Source: an uncultured Bacilli bacterium
GTDB lineage: Bacteria; Bacillota_I; Bacilli_A; RF39; UBA660
Assembly: GCA_944358235.1 (NCBI GenBank)
Contig: CALVQL010000002.1
Coordinates: forward strand, 1-44,892
Reading direction: 5' to 3'
DNA length: 44,892 bases
The notes under the pieces are model-generated. The model saw only the letters and a list, made by a program, of their open reading frames with translations. It searched no databases and was not told where the DNA came from. The position numbers and the translations under genes are program-made. Positions 44,637 to 44,892 of this stretch are shown here, piece after piece (the first letter of the stretch is position 1; each line of letters opens with the position of its first letter).

Positions 44637-44664
44637 ATTATATCATTAATATATGTTTTGTCAA
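44637..44664 (-). promoter_or_regulatory. Sigma-A-type promoter of the infC operon
   Basis: Minus strand: TTGACA (44664-44659), 16 nt spacer, TATAAT (44642-44637). Confidence 0.65.
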
Positions 44665-44700
44665 GAAAATTATTCAACATTATCCGACTAGTTAATATTT

Positions 44701-44892
44701 TTAATTTAAAGTACCCAAGACGACTGACGGATCGACTTGACCGCCAACAATCTTACCTTCATAGTTTTTAGCAAAAGTCTCGACAAAATAGCGGAACTCC
44801 GATTCATTATTATAACCGATTACATTCTTTAAAAGTTTTTGGTACTTTTCATCATATCCGATGTTTCTTTGTGCAAGAGCTAATATCGGTTT
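44701..44892 (-). CDS. Partial CDS (5' end beyond window end), C-terminal 63 aa of an unidentified protein
   Basis: Not in the ORF track (open at the edge). The reverse strand is open from 44892 to TAA 44703-44701: KPILALAQRNIGYDEKYQKLLKNVIGYNNESEFRYFVETFAKNYEGKIVGGQVDPSVVLGTLN. Confidence 0.5.
   Translation of the reverse strand, partial: KPILALAQRNIGYDEKYQKLLKNVIGYNNESEFRYFVETFAKNYEGKIVGGQVDPSVVLGTLN

Noticed and set aside
1-44892. Looked for CRISPR arrays, rRNA genes, IS elements or transposases, integrases, and long direct or inverted repeats.
   Set aside because: None were recognised by eye. The only repeated short motifs are the LexA boxes and the terminator stems. A computational repeat search would be needed to exclude dispersed repeats.

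Overview
Visibly AT-rich, Firmicutes-type chromosomal segment with almost every gene on the minus strand. spoIIGA, sigE, sigG and ylmC/ymxH imply an endospore-forming lineage; a Clostridia- or Erysipelotrichia-like origin is only an inference from gene content and style.

From tRNA-Leu(CAA) at 10176-10262 rightwards the content is core:
- pentapeptide-repeat gene, scpB-scpA, miaB
- lexA with a divergent, LexA-boxed 46-codon membrane micro-ORF that is not in the ORF track
- rhomboid protease, rluD, lspA, ylmC/ymxH, an SPFH/Zn-ribbon protein, sigG
- a pair of Zn-ribbon/TM proteins, one of them a clostripain (C11) peptidase
- gltX, cysteine desulfurase, ezrA, mutM, polA, an XRE regulator, sigE-spoIIGA, ftsZ-ftsA, a small kinase-fold gene
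- murT-gatD, where GatD lacks its catalytic Cys and His
- a two-gene membrane module of unknown function
- rplT (with a C-terminal Rho_N/SAP-like extension)-rpmI-infC, behind a leader with terminator/antiterminator pairing

The left ~10 kb, on the 3' side of the tRNA, looks accessory. It holds an edge-truncated nucleotidyltransferase/P-loop fusion that is missing from the ORF track, a transglutaminase-fold protein, two large unrelated cytoplasmic HExxH proteins, a GNAT, a small membrane protein, a ~500-bp decayed non-coding gap, and an ECF-like sigma factor overlapping a soluble partner gene.

I recognised no rRNA, CRISPR array, transposase or integrase. Several ORF-track starts appear over-extended (TTG/GTG inside RBS or promoter sequence) and were re-set from RBS evidence. 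All family assignments come from motif recognition by eye, not from database searches.
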